From: Nocardioidaceae bacterium
Lineage (GTDB): Bacteria > Actinomycetota > Actinomycetes > Propionibacteriales > Nocardioidaceae
DNA length: 64,000 nt
Reading direction: 5' to 3'
Assembly: GCA_050700835.1 (NCBI GenBank)
Contig: JBOHDX010000048.1
Coordinates: 1,952-65,951 of the forward strand
Below, piece after piece: positions 56,501 through 64,000 of the stretch. Within the stretch, counting starts at the first letter, position 1. Each line of letters opens with the position of its first letter. Under the pieces are notes generated by a model, which saw only the letters and a program-made list of their open reading frames with translations, was not told the origin of the DNA and ran no database searches. The translations under genes were made by a program, and so were the position numbers.

Positions 56501-57032
56501 TCTGTACGACGCCGTTCGTCGCGGCCGCGCGGAACGACGTCACGACCGCGCCGGTGGTGACGTCGAGCAGCACCAGGTGGCTCTGGTTGGTGCCGTTGAC
56601 GGTGGTGAAGCTGCCGCCGACGTACACGGTTCCCGCGATCGGACCCGCCAGCAGGTGGTTGACGTTGCCGTTCAGCACCGGGTTGAACGTGGTGACGATC
56701 GCACCGGTGGCCGCGTCGAAGGCAAAGACCGCGGTCCGCGAGTACGTCGGGGAGCCGCCGGCGGCCGCGACCGAGGAGAAGTTGCCCCCGGCCACCATGA
56801 TCTGGCCGACCCGTGCGTACGCCTGCACGCTGCCGTCCCTGGCCCACGGGGTGTATGCCGCCGGGACCGGGCTGGGCAACCCTGATCTGGCCGTCCAGCT
56901 GATCTGCGGCGTCGGCCCGTCCGCGGTGCCGGCGGCAGTGGCCGCCGGCGTCGCGGTCGCCGTCGCGAGGAGCCCAGGGACGACCACGAGGGCGGTGGTG
57001 AACGACAGGAGGCTGATCAGGAAACGTCGCAC
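53589..57032 (-). CDS. giant secreted protein P3: signal peptide + propeller-like region + PKD x3 + module X
   Basis: 1147-aa ORF with a GTG start 6 nt after GGAG and the signal peptide MRRFLISLLSFTTALVVVPGLLATATA. It has the same blade and 'RWMNNP', 'DPYHDP' motifs as P1 and P4, three PKD-like units and one C-terminal module X. Confidence 0.8.
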   Translation of the reverse strand: MRRFLISLLSFTTALVVVPGLLATATATPAATAAGTADGPTPQISWTARSGLPSPVPAAYTPWARDGSVQAYARVGQIMVAGGNFSSVAAAGGSPTYSRTAVFAFDAATGAIVTTFNPVLNGNVNHLLAGPIAGTVYVGGSFTTVNGTNQSHLVLLDVTTGAVVTSFRAAATNGVVQTLARLGNRLFVGGNFRTVGGVAHSGLATMNATTGALDPYMGVQLDGHHNTVPGGARGAIGGNEMDINAQGDRLVVIGNFKTANGMLRDQLVMITLGATSASVTSNWATNRYSPTCIARAYDSDVRGVAFSPDGTFFVVTATGGSQPGALCDAAARWETYATGTSLDPTWVDLTGRDTVWGVAVTDDVVYVGGHNRWMNNPNGTDNARAGAVPRPGLSALDPVSGEPLDWNPGRNPRGVSAKVFLPTNQGIWMGMDTDWVGNHRYHHPRLVFFPYTGGRPVAPTTVSTLPGRVLLGGSGGANAVPMVSLSGSGSIATAAGSLSTPGFDWTKVRGATLVGATLFYGYTDGFLYKRTFNGTAFGPAVKIDPYHDPVWSNVQTGSGQTYVGVSPPLYDSFRSGSVSGMAYSNGRLYYTLNGNAQLHSVLFTPDSGIVNPIATNYSGGFSWSHARGMFFSGSTLYVGSSTDGSLNAVPMSAGGAPLGSSSKVNSAFNWATPGLFLFSPQNQPPVAQFVPTCTATTCSFDASSSTDDGGIVSYTWYFGDGTRGTGRTTSHNYGAAGAFFTVTMTVADAQGLTNTTSWTLRLAGTANQPPSAVIGSSCSGLACAFNGSGSHDPDGIVRRFKWAFGDGATSTAANPPHTYVRAGTYPVTLTVTDDKGATGTATKTVTVAPPSGGPAGNQAPVAAFSPSCTGMTCGLDATASHDPDGSITAYAWSFGDNSTGAGATPSHTYSTPNAYTVSLTVTDDKGGTSTVSHSVTAVQPGQGAVRFVGADSVAGNTTAPGVRIPAGVAAGDRLLLVLSTNSPARSATPPAGWSRLGSNTARTLGTTMWTRMAATGEAGALVKVRLGGRSKVTLSVAAYRGTSATPSFATAQDAASSAAHTTPTVAAGSGAWVVSYWADKSSTTTSWTLPAGLVRRAQSVGVKTGRVASLLADSGGPVSAGTRGGLTATADAAARMATMWSVVLPAD

Positions 57033-57076
57033 GACGAGCTCCGAAAGTAGAACGGTGCTGGTACTTGGCGCTTCCA

Positions 57077-57082
57077 GTTAAC
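57077..57082 (-). promoter_or_regulatory. GTTAAC hexamer 44 nt upstream of the P3 start
   Basis: Its context CGTTAACTGG resembles the P4 context CATTAACTGG. Confidence 0.25.
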
Positions 57083-57206
57083 GGCCCCGCTAACTCCACT
57101 CTCAGACGTTCGCCGAAATGCCCTGGAAAACGGCCGATATTCCTGGCATTACGTGATACGTCGCTCACGCTGCGTGTCGGTTAGTCGGGCAGATGGTGCC
57201 CACCGG

Positions 57207-60200
57207 TCAGGTTCCGGCTGGCACCACGATCGACCACATCGTCGCCATCGTGGCCGGTGTGTTGGTGGTGGCGGTGACGCCGGCGCGGGTTCCGGCGCTG
57301 ACCGGGCCGTTCGTGTCGGCGAGCAGCGAGGTGACGCGCCCGGACAGCGTGCCGTAGTTCTGCTGGCGCGAGGTGACCGTCCCCGGTGGCGTCCACTTCG
57401 TCGTGGTGCCGGACTTGTCCGCCCAGTAGGACACGACCCATGCCTTGTCGGGCGCGGAGATGCTGGGCGTGGTGTGGGACGCCTTCGAGGTGGTGTCCTG
57501 GGCGACCGTGAACGTCGGCTGCGTCGTGGTGCTGGCCCCGGTGTAGTCGACGACGGTCAGCGTGGCCTTCGCGCTGCCGCTGAACGCCACCTTGACCTTG
57601 GACCCCGCGTCACCGCTCACCGCTGTCTTGGTCCACACGGTCGTGGCCAGCGTGTTCGCGGTGTTCGTGCCGAGCTTGGTCCAGCCCGCCGGTGGGGTGT
57701 TCGTCCGGGCCGGGCTGTTGGTGCTAAGCACCAGCAGCAGCCGGTCGTTGACCGCGACGCCGCTCGGCACCGTCACGGTCGCCGCCTTGGCGTTGACCGC
57801 GACCCCTGCGGCACCGACGAACGCGACCTGGCCCGGCGTCGGCACGGTCACCGTCACCGTGTGGCCCGTCGGAGTGCTCTGGGCGCCCCCGTTGTCGGTC
57901 ACGGTCAGGGTCACCGTGTAACCGCCCGAGCCGGAGTAGGGGTGCGACGTCCCGGTCGTGGTATCTGTTTCGACCGGCGTGCCGTCGCCGAAGTCCCAGT
58001 CGTACCGCACGACGGTGCCGTCAGTGTCCTTCGAGCCGGAGCCGTCGAACGTGCAGGTCGCGCCCGCGCAACTGGACGTGAACGCCGCCGTCGGCGGCTG
58101 GTTGGCCGGTGGGGTACCACCGTCCGGGATCAGCAGGATCGACCACTCGGTGGCCATGCCGAGACTGATGCTCGACGTCGCGGTCAGGCCCCCGGCCGTC
58201 GAAGCCAGCGCCGACCCGTTGGAGTCGGCCAGAAGCGACGACACCTGGCCCGCCTGCGTGCCGGACGCCTGGGTGCGGGGCGCCGTCGTACCGGGCGCCG
58301 TCCACGTCGTGGCCGGTGACGTAGACGAACCGCCCTTGCCCGCCCAGTAGGACACCAGCCACGACCCGGTGCTCGTCGAGATCGTCGGCGTGGTGCGTTG
58401 GGTGCCGGACGCGAGGTCGCCGTTCGAGACGAACGTGGGAGTGTTTCCGCCGGCGTCGTGGTAGTCGGCCACCGTGAGCGTGGACTTCACGCCGGTCCGG
58501 GACAGTGTCACCGAGACGGGGTTGCCGCCCTCGGACCCGCCCGCGACCTCGGTCCACACGGTCGTCGCCATCGTCTTGGAGACCTGGCTGCCGAGCAGGC
58601 TCCATCCGGTCGGAGCGGTGGCGGTGACGGTGCTGTCGTTGACGGTCGAGATCAGTAGCAGCCGGTCCCCGGCGATGATCGACGTGGGCGCCGTGACCGT
58701 GGGCTTGAGCTGCGTCTGCGCGACCGAGGTCGCGTCGCCGAAGGACACTCCCGTGCCCTGCGAGCCGACGTTGATCACCTTCGACGTGCTCCCGGTCGCT
58801 CCCCCGTCGCTGTCAGTCACCGTAAGCGTGACGGTGTACTGACCGGCGCTGGGGAAGGCGTGTTGCAGGGTCGCCCCTGATGCCGCCGAGGTCTGGTCAC
58901 CGAAGTCCCACGAGTACGACGTGATCGTGCCGCCGTCCGGATCGCTAGACGCGGACCCGTCGAAACTGCAAGTCAAGCCGGTGCAGCCGGTCACGGTGAA
59001 CGACGCCGTCGGCGGCTGGTTGGGCGGCGTGGTCACCGACACCTGCTGGGTGTTGGTGGCCGAGCGCCCCTTGTTGTCCGTCACGGTCAGCGTCACGGTG
59101 AAGGGGCTGCCGGTGGCCGGGAAGATGTGCGACGTCTTGGGCGAGGTGTCAGTCTCGCTGTTCCCGTCGCCGAAGTTCCACTGGTACGACGTGATCGTGC
59201 CGGTGGGGTCGCTCGACGACGACGCGTCGAAGCTGCAGTTCGTCCCACCCGGCGGGCAGTTGAACACGAACGACGCGTTCGGCGGCTCGTTCTGACCGGC
59301 CGAGGACAGGAACAGTCCCTTGGCCCGCCAGTCGACCGTGCTGTTGACCACGGTCGAGGTGCCGGTGGGCGCGCCGTTGCTGCCGAGGGCGACGACGTTG
59401 AGCGAGCCGGTCAGCGCCGACGCGACGTACAACGTGGAGCCGCTGACGAACATCCCCTGTGCGTTCTTCCAGGCGAAGCCGCCGGTGGTGTAGTTGTTCG
59501 GCTTCGGGCTGACGATCCCGCTGTCCGGGGAGAACGCGACCGAGTGCAGTGACGAGTCATTGCTGACCGTGTAGTAGAGCAGCCCGTTGGCGTACGCCAT
59601 CCCGGTGACCGTGCCGCTCTTGAACAGGCTGTACAGCGGCGGCGACACGCCGACGTAGGTCTGGCCGCTGCCGGTGTTGACGTTGCTCCAGTACGGGTCG
59701 TGGTACGGGTCGATCTTCACGGCCGCTCCGAACGTGCTGCCGTCGAAGCTGCGCTCGTACAGGAAGCCGTCGGTGTAGCCGTAGAACAGGTGGCCCCCGA
59801 CCATCACCGCACCGCGCACCTGTGACCAGTCGATCCCCGTCCCGCTCAGCGTGCCCGGCGTGCCGCTGTTGCCGGCAGCGTCGAGCGACACGTTCGAGAT
59901 GCTGCCGGTGCTGTCGCCGGAGTGGCCGCCGAGAAACACCTGGCTAGGCAGCGAGCCGGTGAAGTTGGTGGCCACGGGGCGTCCGCCATTGAGCGGGAAG
60001 AAGGCCAGTTTGGGTGTGTGGTACTGGAAGTTGCCGACGTAGTCGGTGTCCATCCCCATCCAGATGCCGGTGTCGGTGGGCAGGAACACCTTCGCCGAGA
60101 CGCCCCGCGGGTTGCGGCCCGGGTTCCAAGCCAGCGGCTCGCCGGTCAGCGGGTCCAGCGCCGACAGGCCCGGTCGAGGCACCGCACCGGCCGCCGCGCT

Positions 60201-61355
60201 GTCGGTGCCGGACGGGTTGTTCATCCACCGGTTGTGGCCGCCGATGAAGACCACGTCGTTGGTGATCGCGACTCCCCACAGGGTGTCCTTGCCGGTGAAG
60301 TCGACCCAGGTCGGGCTCAGACTGGTCCCGGACGCGTACGTCTCCCATCTGGCCGCCGAGTCGCACAGCGTGTTGTTGCCGTAGCCGCCGGTGGCGGCGA
60401 CCACGAAGAACTGGCCGTTGGGGGAGAAGTCGATCCCACGGATATATTGGTCATATCCGGAGCTGCAGTTCGGGTTGTACGCGGAGGTTCCCCAGTCCGG
60501 GGTCACCGACGCCGAGGTGGGGCCGAGAGTGATCATCGCCAGCTGGTGATGCAGGCTCCCGTCCGCGCTGGTGAAGTTGCCGATCACCGCAAGCCGGTCG
60601 CCAGGGGAGTTGATCGACATCTCGAACACGCCCTGCGCCGCCTGGGTGCCGACGCCGCCGCGCTGGTCGCCGGTCATCTGCACGCCCATGTAGGGGTCGA
60701 GCGCACCGGTGCTCGCGTCCAGCGTGGCCAACCCGGCATGCGCGATACCGCCAACGGTCTTGAAGTTGCCGCCCACGAACAGCCGGTTGCCGCTGAGCTG
60801 GATCGTCTGCACCGCGCCGTTCGTCGTGGCCGCCTTGAAGCTGCTGACGATCGCGCCGGTGTTCACATCCAGCAGGACGACGTGGGAGGCGGGCGTGCCG
60901 TTGACGTTGGTGAACGTGCCGGCCGCAAACACGGTGCCGGGGACGGGACCGGCCAGCAGGTGGTTCACCACCCCGTTGAGGACCGGAGCGAACGTCGTGC
61001 TCACCTGGTTGGTGGAGGTGTCGAACGCGAAGATCGAGTTCCGGGTGAAGACGGTTCCCCCGCCCTTGTTGGTCACCGACGTGAAGTTGCCACCGGCCAC
61101 CATGGTGGTCCCGACCTGGGCAAAGCTCTGCACGCTGCCGTTCTGCACCCACGGCGTCGAGGTGGAGGGCACGGCGCTGGGCAGCCCGGACCAAGTGGCG
61201 TGCGGCAACGGCGTGCTGGGTGCTGCTGACGCGCCGACCTTCCCCCCGGCGCCGGCGACGACGCCGGGCGCCGCACTCGCCGCCGGTGCGATCAGCAGGG
61301 TGGTGGCGACCACCGAGGAGGCGAGCGAGAGGAGGGTGATCAGCAAGCGTCGCAC
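57207..61355 (-). CDS. giant secreted protein P4: signal peptide + propeller-like region + PKD x2 + X + PKD + X
   Basis: 1382-aa ORF with a GTG start 6 nt after GGGGAG and the signal peptide MRRLLITLLSLASSVVATTLLIAPAASA. Its architecture is collinear with P1. Confidence 0.8.
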   Translation of the reverse strand: MRRLLITLLSLASSVVATTLLIAPAASAAPGVVAGAGGKVGASAAPSTPLPHATWSGLPSAVPSTSTPWVQNGSVQSFAQVGTTMVAGGNFTSVTNKGGGTVFTRNSIFAFDTSTNQVSTTFAPVLNGVVNHLLAGPVPGTVFAAGTFTNVNGTPASHVVLLDVNTGAIVSSFKAATTNGAVQTIQLSGNRLFVGGNFKTVGGIAHAGLATLDASTGALDPYMGVQMTGDQRGGVGTQAAQGVFEMSINSPGDRLAVIGNFTSADGSLHHQLAMITLGPTSASVTPDWGTSAYNPNCSSGYDQYIRGIDFSPNGQFFVVAATGGYGNNTLCDSAARWETYASGTSLSPTWVDFTGKDTLWGVAITNDVVFIGGHNRWMNNPSGTDSAAAGAVPRPGLSALDPLTGEPLAWNPGRNPRGVSAKVFLPTDTGIWMGMDTDYVGNFQYHTPKLAFFPLNGGRPVATNFTGSLPSQVFLGGHSGDSTGSISNVSLDAAGNSGTPGTLSGTGIDWSQVRGAVMVGGHLFYGYTDGFLYERSFDGSTFGAAVKIDPYHDPYWSNVNTGSGQTYVGVSPPLYSLFKSGTVTGMAYANGLLYYTVSNDSSLHSVAFSPDSGIVSPKPNNYTTGGFAWKNAQGMFVSGSTLYVASALTGSLNVVALGSNGAPTGTSTVVNSTVDWRAKGLFLSSAGQNEPPNASFVFNCPPGGTNCSFDASSSSDPTGTITSYQWNFGDGNSETDTSPKTSHIFPATGSPFTVTLTVTDNKGRSATNTQQVSVTTPPNQPPTASFTVTGCTGLTCSFDGSASSDPDGGTITSYSWDFGDQTSAASGATLQHAFPSAGQYTVTLTVTDSDGGATGSTSKVINVGSQGTGVSFGDATSVAQTQLKPTVTAPTSIIAGDRLLLISTVNDSTVTATAPTGWSLLGSQVSKTMATTVWTEVAGGSEGGNPVSVTLSRTGVKSTLTVADYHDAGGNTPTFVSNGDLASGTQRTTPTISTSTGSWLVSYWAGKGGSSTSPATTWTAPGTTAPRTQASGTQAGQVSSLLADSNGSALASTAGGLTATSSISLGMATEWSILLIPDGGTPPANQPPTAAFTSSCAGATCTFDGSGSKDTDGTVVRYDWDFGDGTPVETDTTTGTSHPYSGSGGYTVTLTVTDNGGAQSTPTGHTVTVTVPTPGQVAFVGAAGVAVNAKAATVTVPSGVAVNDRLLLVLSTNSPARTNTPPAGWTKLGTNTANTLATTVWTKTAVSGDAGSKVKVAFSGSAKATLTVVDYTGASTTTQPTFTVAQDTTSKASHTTPSISAPDKAWVVSYWADKSGTTTKWTPPGTVTSRQQNYGTLSGRVTSLLADTNGPVSAGTRAGVTATTNTPATMATMWSIVVPAGT

Positions 61356-61402
61356 GGCGAACTCCCCGACGGTAGGACTGGCCCAGATGCAAGCATCCCC
61401 CA

Positions 61403-61408
61403 GTTAAT
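61403..61408 (-). promoter_or_regulatory. ATTAAC hexamer 47 nt upstream of the P4 start
   Basis: Its context is CATTAACTGG. It lies in a low-GC island. Confidence 0.25.
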
Positions 61409-61514
61409 GTCACCAGGAAGCCGCGTGTCGGTGTTTGCAAAAATGCAGGAGAGGAATCTCCGTCAAGAATGGCTAAGCGTGATTAGGAGATTACCGTGCG
61501 TAAGACGCGGAGTG

Positions 61515-62360
61515 TCAGCCGGCGACTTTTTCGCTGTTTCGCGTCTGCCGTGGCAGGGCGACGTCGGCCCGATGCGCCGGCTCACGCCCGATCAGGACCC
61601 GGCCGACCGCCATCATCACCAGCAGCAGCACCACGCCGTAGGCCAGGCCGCCGACCACGTCGGTGACCCAGTGCTTGAGTAGGTACGTCCGGGTGTACGC
61701 CTCGATCGCGGCCAGGAACGCCACCACCGTCCAGGCGAGGATGCGCAGCCGTCGCGTCATGCCCGGCACCGCGACGATCAAGCAGAACGCGTAGAGCCCG
61801 TAGATGAGGAGCAGCCGACCGCAGCCGCCGGACGGCCAAGTGCCGAGCGTGGTGGGCGGGTGACCGCGGTGCACCAGCGTCTTCAACGCGGCCTGGGAGT
61901 ACTTCTCGGTGAGGTAGCCGAACAGGAACAGGATCGGCGGGACGTACCGATGCCGGCGCCATGCGACCGCGAACACGATCGCGCCGATCACCGCAAGCAC
62001 CTGCGTGGGGGTCGAGTTGCCCATCTGGGTGAGCAGGTTGTTCGCGTGCTGCCAGAACCCGCCCACCTGCCGGTGCTCGAAGAAGTGGAACACCGGGACG
62101 TCGACCGGGCCCTGCAGCGCGTGGGCTCCGACACCGAGCAACCAGAACACCGAGCCCACGAGGCCCACCCCGGCGAACCAGGTCAGGGCCGCCGCCGGCC
62201 ATTGGCCGATCTGATCCTGCAGCCCGAGCCGGACATCGTCGAAGCGGGTGTGCGCCATGGCCAGCCGACCGCCCGAAACCGCGGGCCGAAAAGCGAGGAA
62301 ACCACCGATCACGAGGGTGATCAACGGCACCACGATGCCGATCGCAACCGCTACGAACAT
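61515..62360 (-). CDS. PAP2-superfamily membrane phosphatase
   Basis: 281-aa multi-pass ORF. The PAP2 motifs are 'KTLVHRGHPP' (KxxxxxxRP-like), 'PSGGCG' (PSGH-like) and 'TRTYLLKHWVTDV' (SRxxxxxHxxxD-like). Confidence 0.75.
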   Translation of the reverse strand: MFVAVAIGIVVPLITLVIGGFLAFRPAVSGGRLAMAHTRFDDVRLGLQDQIGQWPAAALTWFAGVGLVGSVFWLLGVGAHALQGPVDVPVFHFFEHRQVGGFWQHANNLLTQMGNSTPTQVLAVIGAIVFAVAWRRHRYVPPILFLFGYLTEKYSQAALKTLVHRGHPPTTLGTWPSGGCGRLLLIYGLYAFCLIVAVPGMTRRLRILAWTVVAFLAAIEAYTRTYLLKHWVTDVVGGLAYGVVLLLVMMAVGRVLIGREPAHRADVALPRQTRNSEKVAG

Positions 62361-62506
62361 CCGAGAGCTCCCTCACTGGTCGACATCGGTCAGGATGGCA
62401 TATCGCCGAAACCGTTCGGTGGCTTTGCCGAACTCACAGTATTTCCTTGCCCAGACCGTCATCATCGAGAACCGGCACCAGTGACCAGACCAGGAGTGCT
62501 CCCCCC

Positions 62507-63427
62507 ATGAGTGTGCGGACCGACCAGGGCGTCTCCGTCGTCATCGCCACCCGCAGCCGGCCGCAGCTGCTGGCCAAGGCGGTCGAGGCGTGCCTGAGCC
62601 AGGAGCACGCCGGGCCGATCGAGGTCGTCGCCGTCTTCGACCAGTCCGAGCCGCGCAGCGAGCTGTGCCGCGACGACGCCGACCGCCAGGTCCGGGTCAC
62701 CTCGAACCACCGCACCCCAGGACTGCCCGGCGCCCGCAACACGGGCATCCTGGCCGCCACCCACGACCTCGTCGCGTTCTGCGACGACGACGACCTGTGG
62801 CTGCCGGGCAAGCTCGGGCGCCAGGTCGCCGCCATCCGGGAGAGCGGCACGCGGGCCGCGGTGACCGGTATCCAGGTCCGTTATGGCGAACGGCTCCGGC
62901 TGCGACCGCTGGCACCTGCGCCGCTACGACTGGCGGACCTGGTTAGGGACCGGGTGACGTCGGCGCATCCTTCGACGTACCTCGCCGATCGCGGCTTCCT
63001 GATTGAAAACGATCTGCTGGTGGACGAGAAGATCCCCGGAGGGTACGCCGAGGACTACGACTGGCTGCTGCGGGTGGCTGCGCACACCGACGTCGCGGTG
63101 GTGCCGGAGCCGATGGTCGAGGTGCTGTGGCATCCGGGTTCGTTCTTCACCAACCGTTGGACGACGATCGTCGAAGCGCTGGACTACCTCGTGGACAAGC
63201 ACCCCTACATCCGTGACGACCGGGCCGGGCTGGCCCGTATCCGCGGCCAGCAGGCATTCGCCCTGGCCGGTCTCGGTCGCCGGCGGGAGTCGTGGCGCAA
63301 GCTCACCGAGACGGCCCGACACAACCCGCGGGAGCGCCGCATCCTCGCGACCCTTCCAGTGCTGGCCGGGGTGGTGTCCGGCGAGCGGGTGATGCGCACC
63401 GCGAACCATTTCGGCCGCGGCATCTGA
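62507..63427 (+). CDS. family 2 glycosyltransferase
   Basis: This is the in-frame part of ORF 62447..63427, starting at MSVRTDQGVSVVIATRSRP. 'VSVVIATRSRPQLL', 'GLPGARNTG' and 'VAFCDDDDLWLPGKL' (DxD) are present. Confidence 0.85.
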   Translation: MSVRTDQGVSVVIATRSRPQLLAKAVEACLSQEHAGPIEVVAVFDQSEPRSELCRDDADRQVRVTSNHRTPGLPGARNTGILAATHDLVAFCDDDDLWLPGKLGRQVAAIRESGTRAAVTGIQVRYGERLRLRPLAPAPLRLADLVRDRVTSAHPSTYLADRGFLIENDLLVDEKIPGGYAEDYDWLLRVAAHTDVAVVPEPMVEVLWHPGSFFTNRWTTIVEALDYLVDKHPYIRDDRAGLARIRGQQAFALAGLGRRRESWRKLTETARHNPRERRILATLPVLAGVVSGERVMRTANHFGRGI

Positions 63428-63451
63428 CACCGGTCGCGGCTGGGCCTCGCG

Positions 63452-64000
63452 TCAGCGGTAGCCGCGGCGCCGGCGCAGGCCGGCGGTCAACACTCCCACC
63501 GCGCGCCGCGCACCCACCGGCATCTTCGCGCGCCAGTCCTCATCGGGGCGCAGCACGATCTCACCGTGCTCGAACCGCATCGGGTTGCCGGCGATCTGAT
63601 GTGCCGGACGCAGCGTGACCCGGTCGTCCCTGATGTGCGCCAGCGCGGCGTCGTCCGGATCCAGACCGGCGAACCGGAGGATCGAGGACACGGAGCCGCG
63701 CGGGTCCGCGACGAAGTCCTCGTAGCGCACCGTCGTGACCGGCGTGCCGCGTCGCGCCAGCAGCCGGACCAACAGGTCGAACGCGCTCCACCACACGGCT
63801 GTCTCCGTCGGGCGGTACTGCGGCATGTCGGCGCTGCCGTCCACGACCTCGGGCCGGCGCACCTGCTTCGACCACGAGTAGGCCACGCCCCGTGGGTCGC
63901 GTACCAGATAGACACAGCGCAGGTCGACGTCGGCGTGGCGCAGCAGCGCGGCGTACGCGGGCATCTTGGAGGAGTCGACGACCAGGCGCGCACCATCACC
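63452..64000 (-). CDS. sulfotransferase-family protein (N-terminus outside window)
   Basis: ORF 63452..63964 stays open in frame to the window edge ('...VVDSSKMPAYAALL'). 'YLVRDPRGVAYSW' and 'VRYEDFVADP' fit PAPS-dependent sulfotransferases. Confidence 0.7.
   Translation of the reverse strand, partial: GDGARLVVDSSKMPAYAALLRHADVDLRCVYLVRDPRGVAYSWSKQVRRPEVVDGSADMPQYRPTETAVWWSAFDLLVRLLARRGTPVTTVRYEDFVADPRGSVSSILRFAGLDPDDAALAHIRDDRVTLRPAHQIAGNPMRFEHGEIVLRPDEDWRAKMPVGARRAVGVLTAGLRRRRGYR

Overview
High-GC (about 70%) actinobacterial chromosomal segment with at least 50 genes, mostly on the minus strand. Many neighbouring genes have 4-nt start/stop overlaps (ATGA/GTGA).

(1) 1-9.6 kb is a Ter-type stress cluster. 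It holds TerD, a tandem-TerD protein, a TerA-like protein and a DUF475/TerC-like membrane protein, next to a translationally coupled HpcH-lyase / fused-PRTase / HAD operon.

(2) 9.9-43.6 kb is conserved actinobacterial core. As far as I recall, gene order resembles M. tuberculosis Rv1075c-Rv1082 (SGNH lipase, cbs, metB, greA, DUF4307, mca) and Rv1020-Rv1026 (mfd, mazG, eno, FtsB-like, DUF501, ppx). Interspersed genes are a cation/H+ antiporter, an EAL protein, an ABC exporter, ilvA, a PhoD-like phosphatase, an AI-2E transporter, msrA, a BI-1 protein, a folE paralog operon with a divergent wHTH regulator, a CFA-synthase-like methyltransferase and a family-5 UDG.

(3) 43.8-61.4 kb is the most unusual part. 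Four paralogous giant secreted proteins (970-1382 aa) each combine a signal peptide, a large beta-propeller-like region, 1-3 PKD-like domains and 1-2 copies of a roughly 205-aa module I cannot assign to any family. cysQ and a frameshifted PQQ-like propeller gene lie between them. PAP2, GT2 and sulfotransferase genes follow.

Other signals are an atypical 75-nt tRNA with anticodon UAA, a Leu-type D arm and no long variable arm; a 61-bp inverted-repeat element present twice; perfect palindromes upstream of eno; and short tandem repeats in most of the larger intergenic gaps I read.

No rRNA, CRISPR array, transposase or integrase was seen. All family names come from motif recognition by eye, because no searches could be run.
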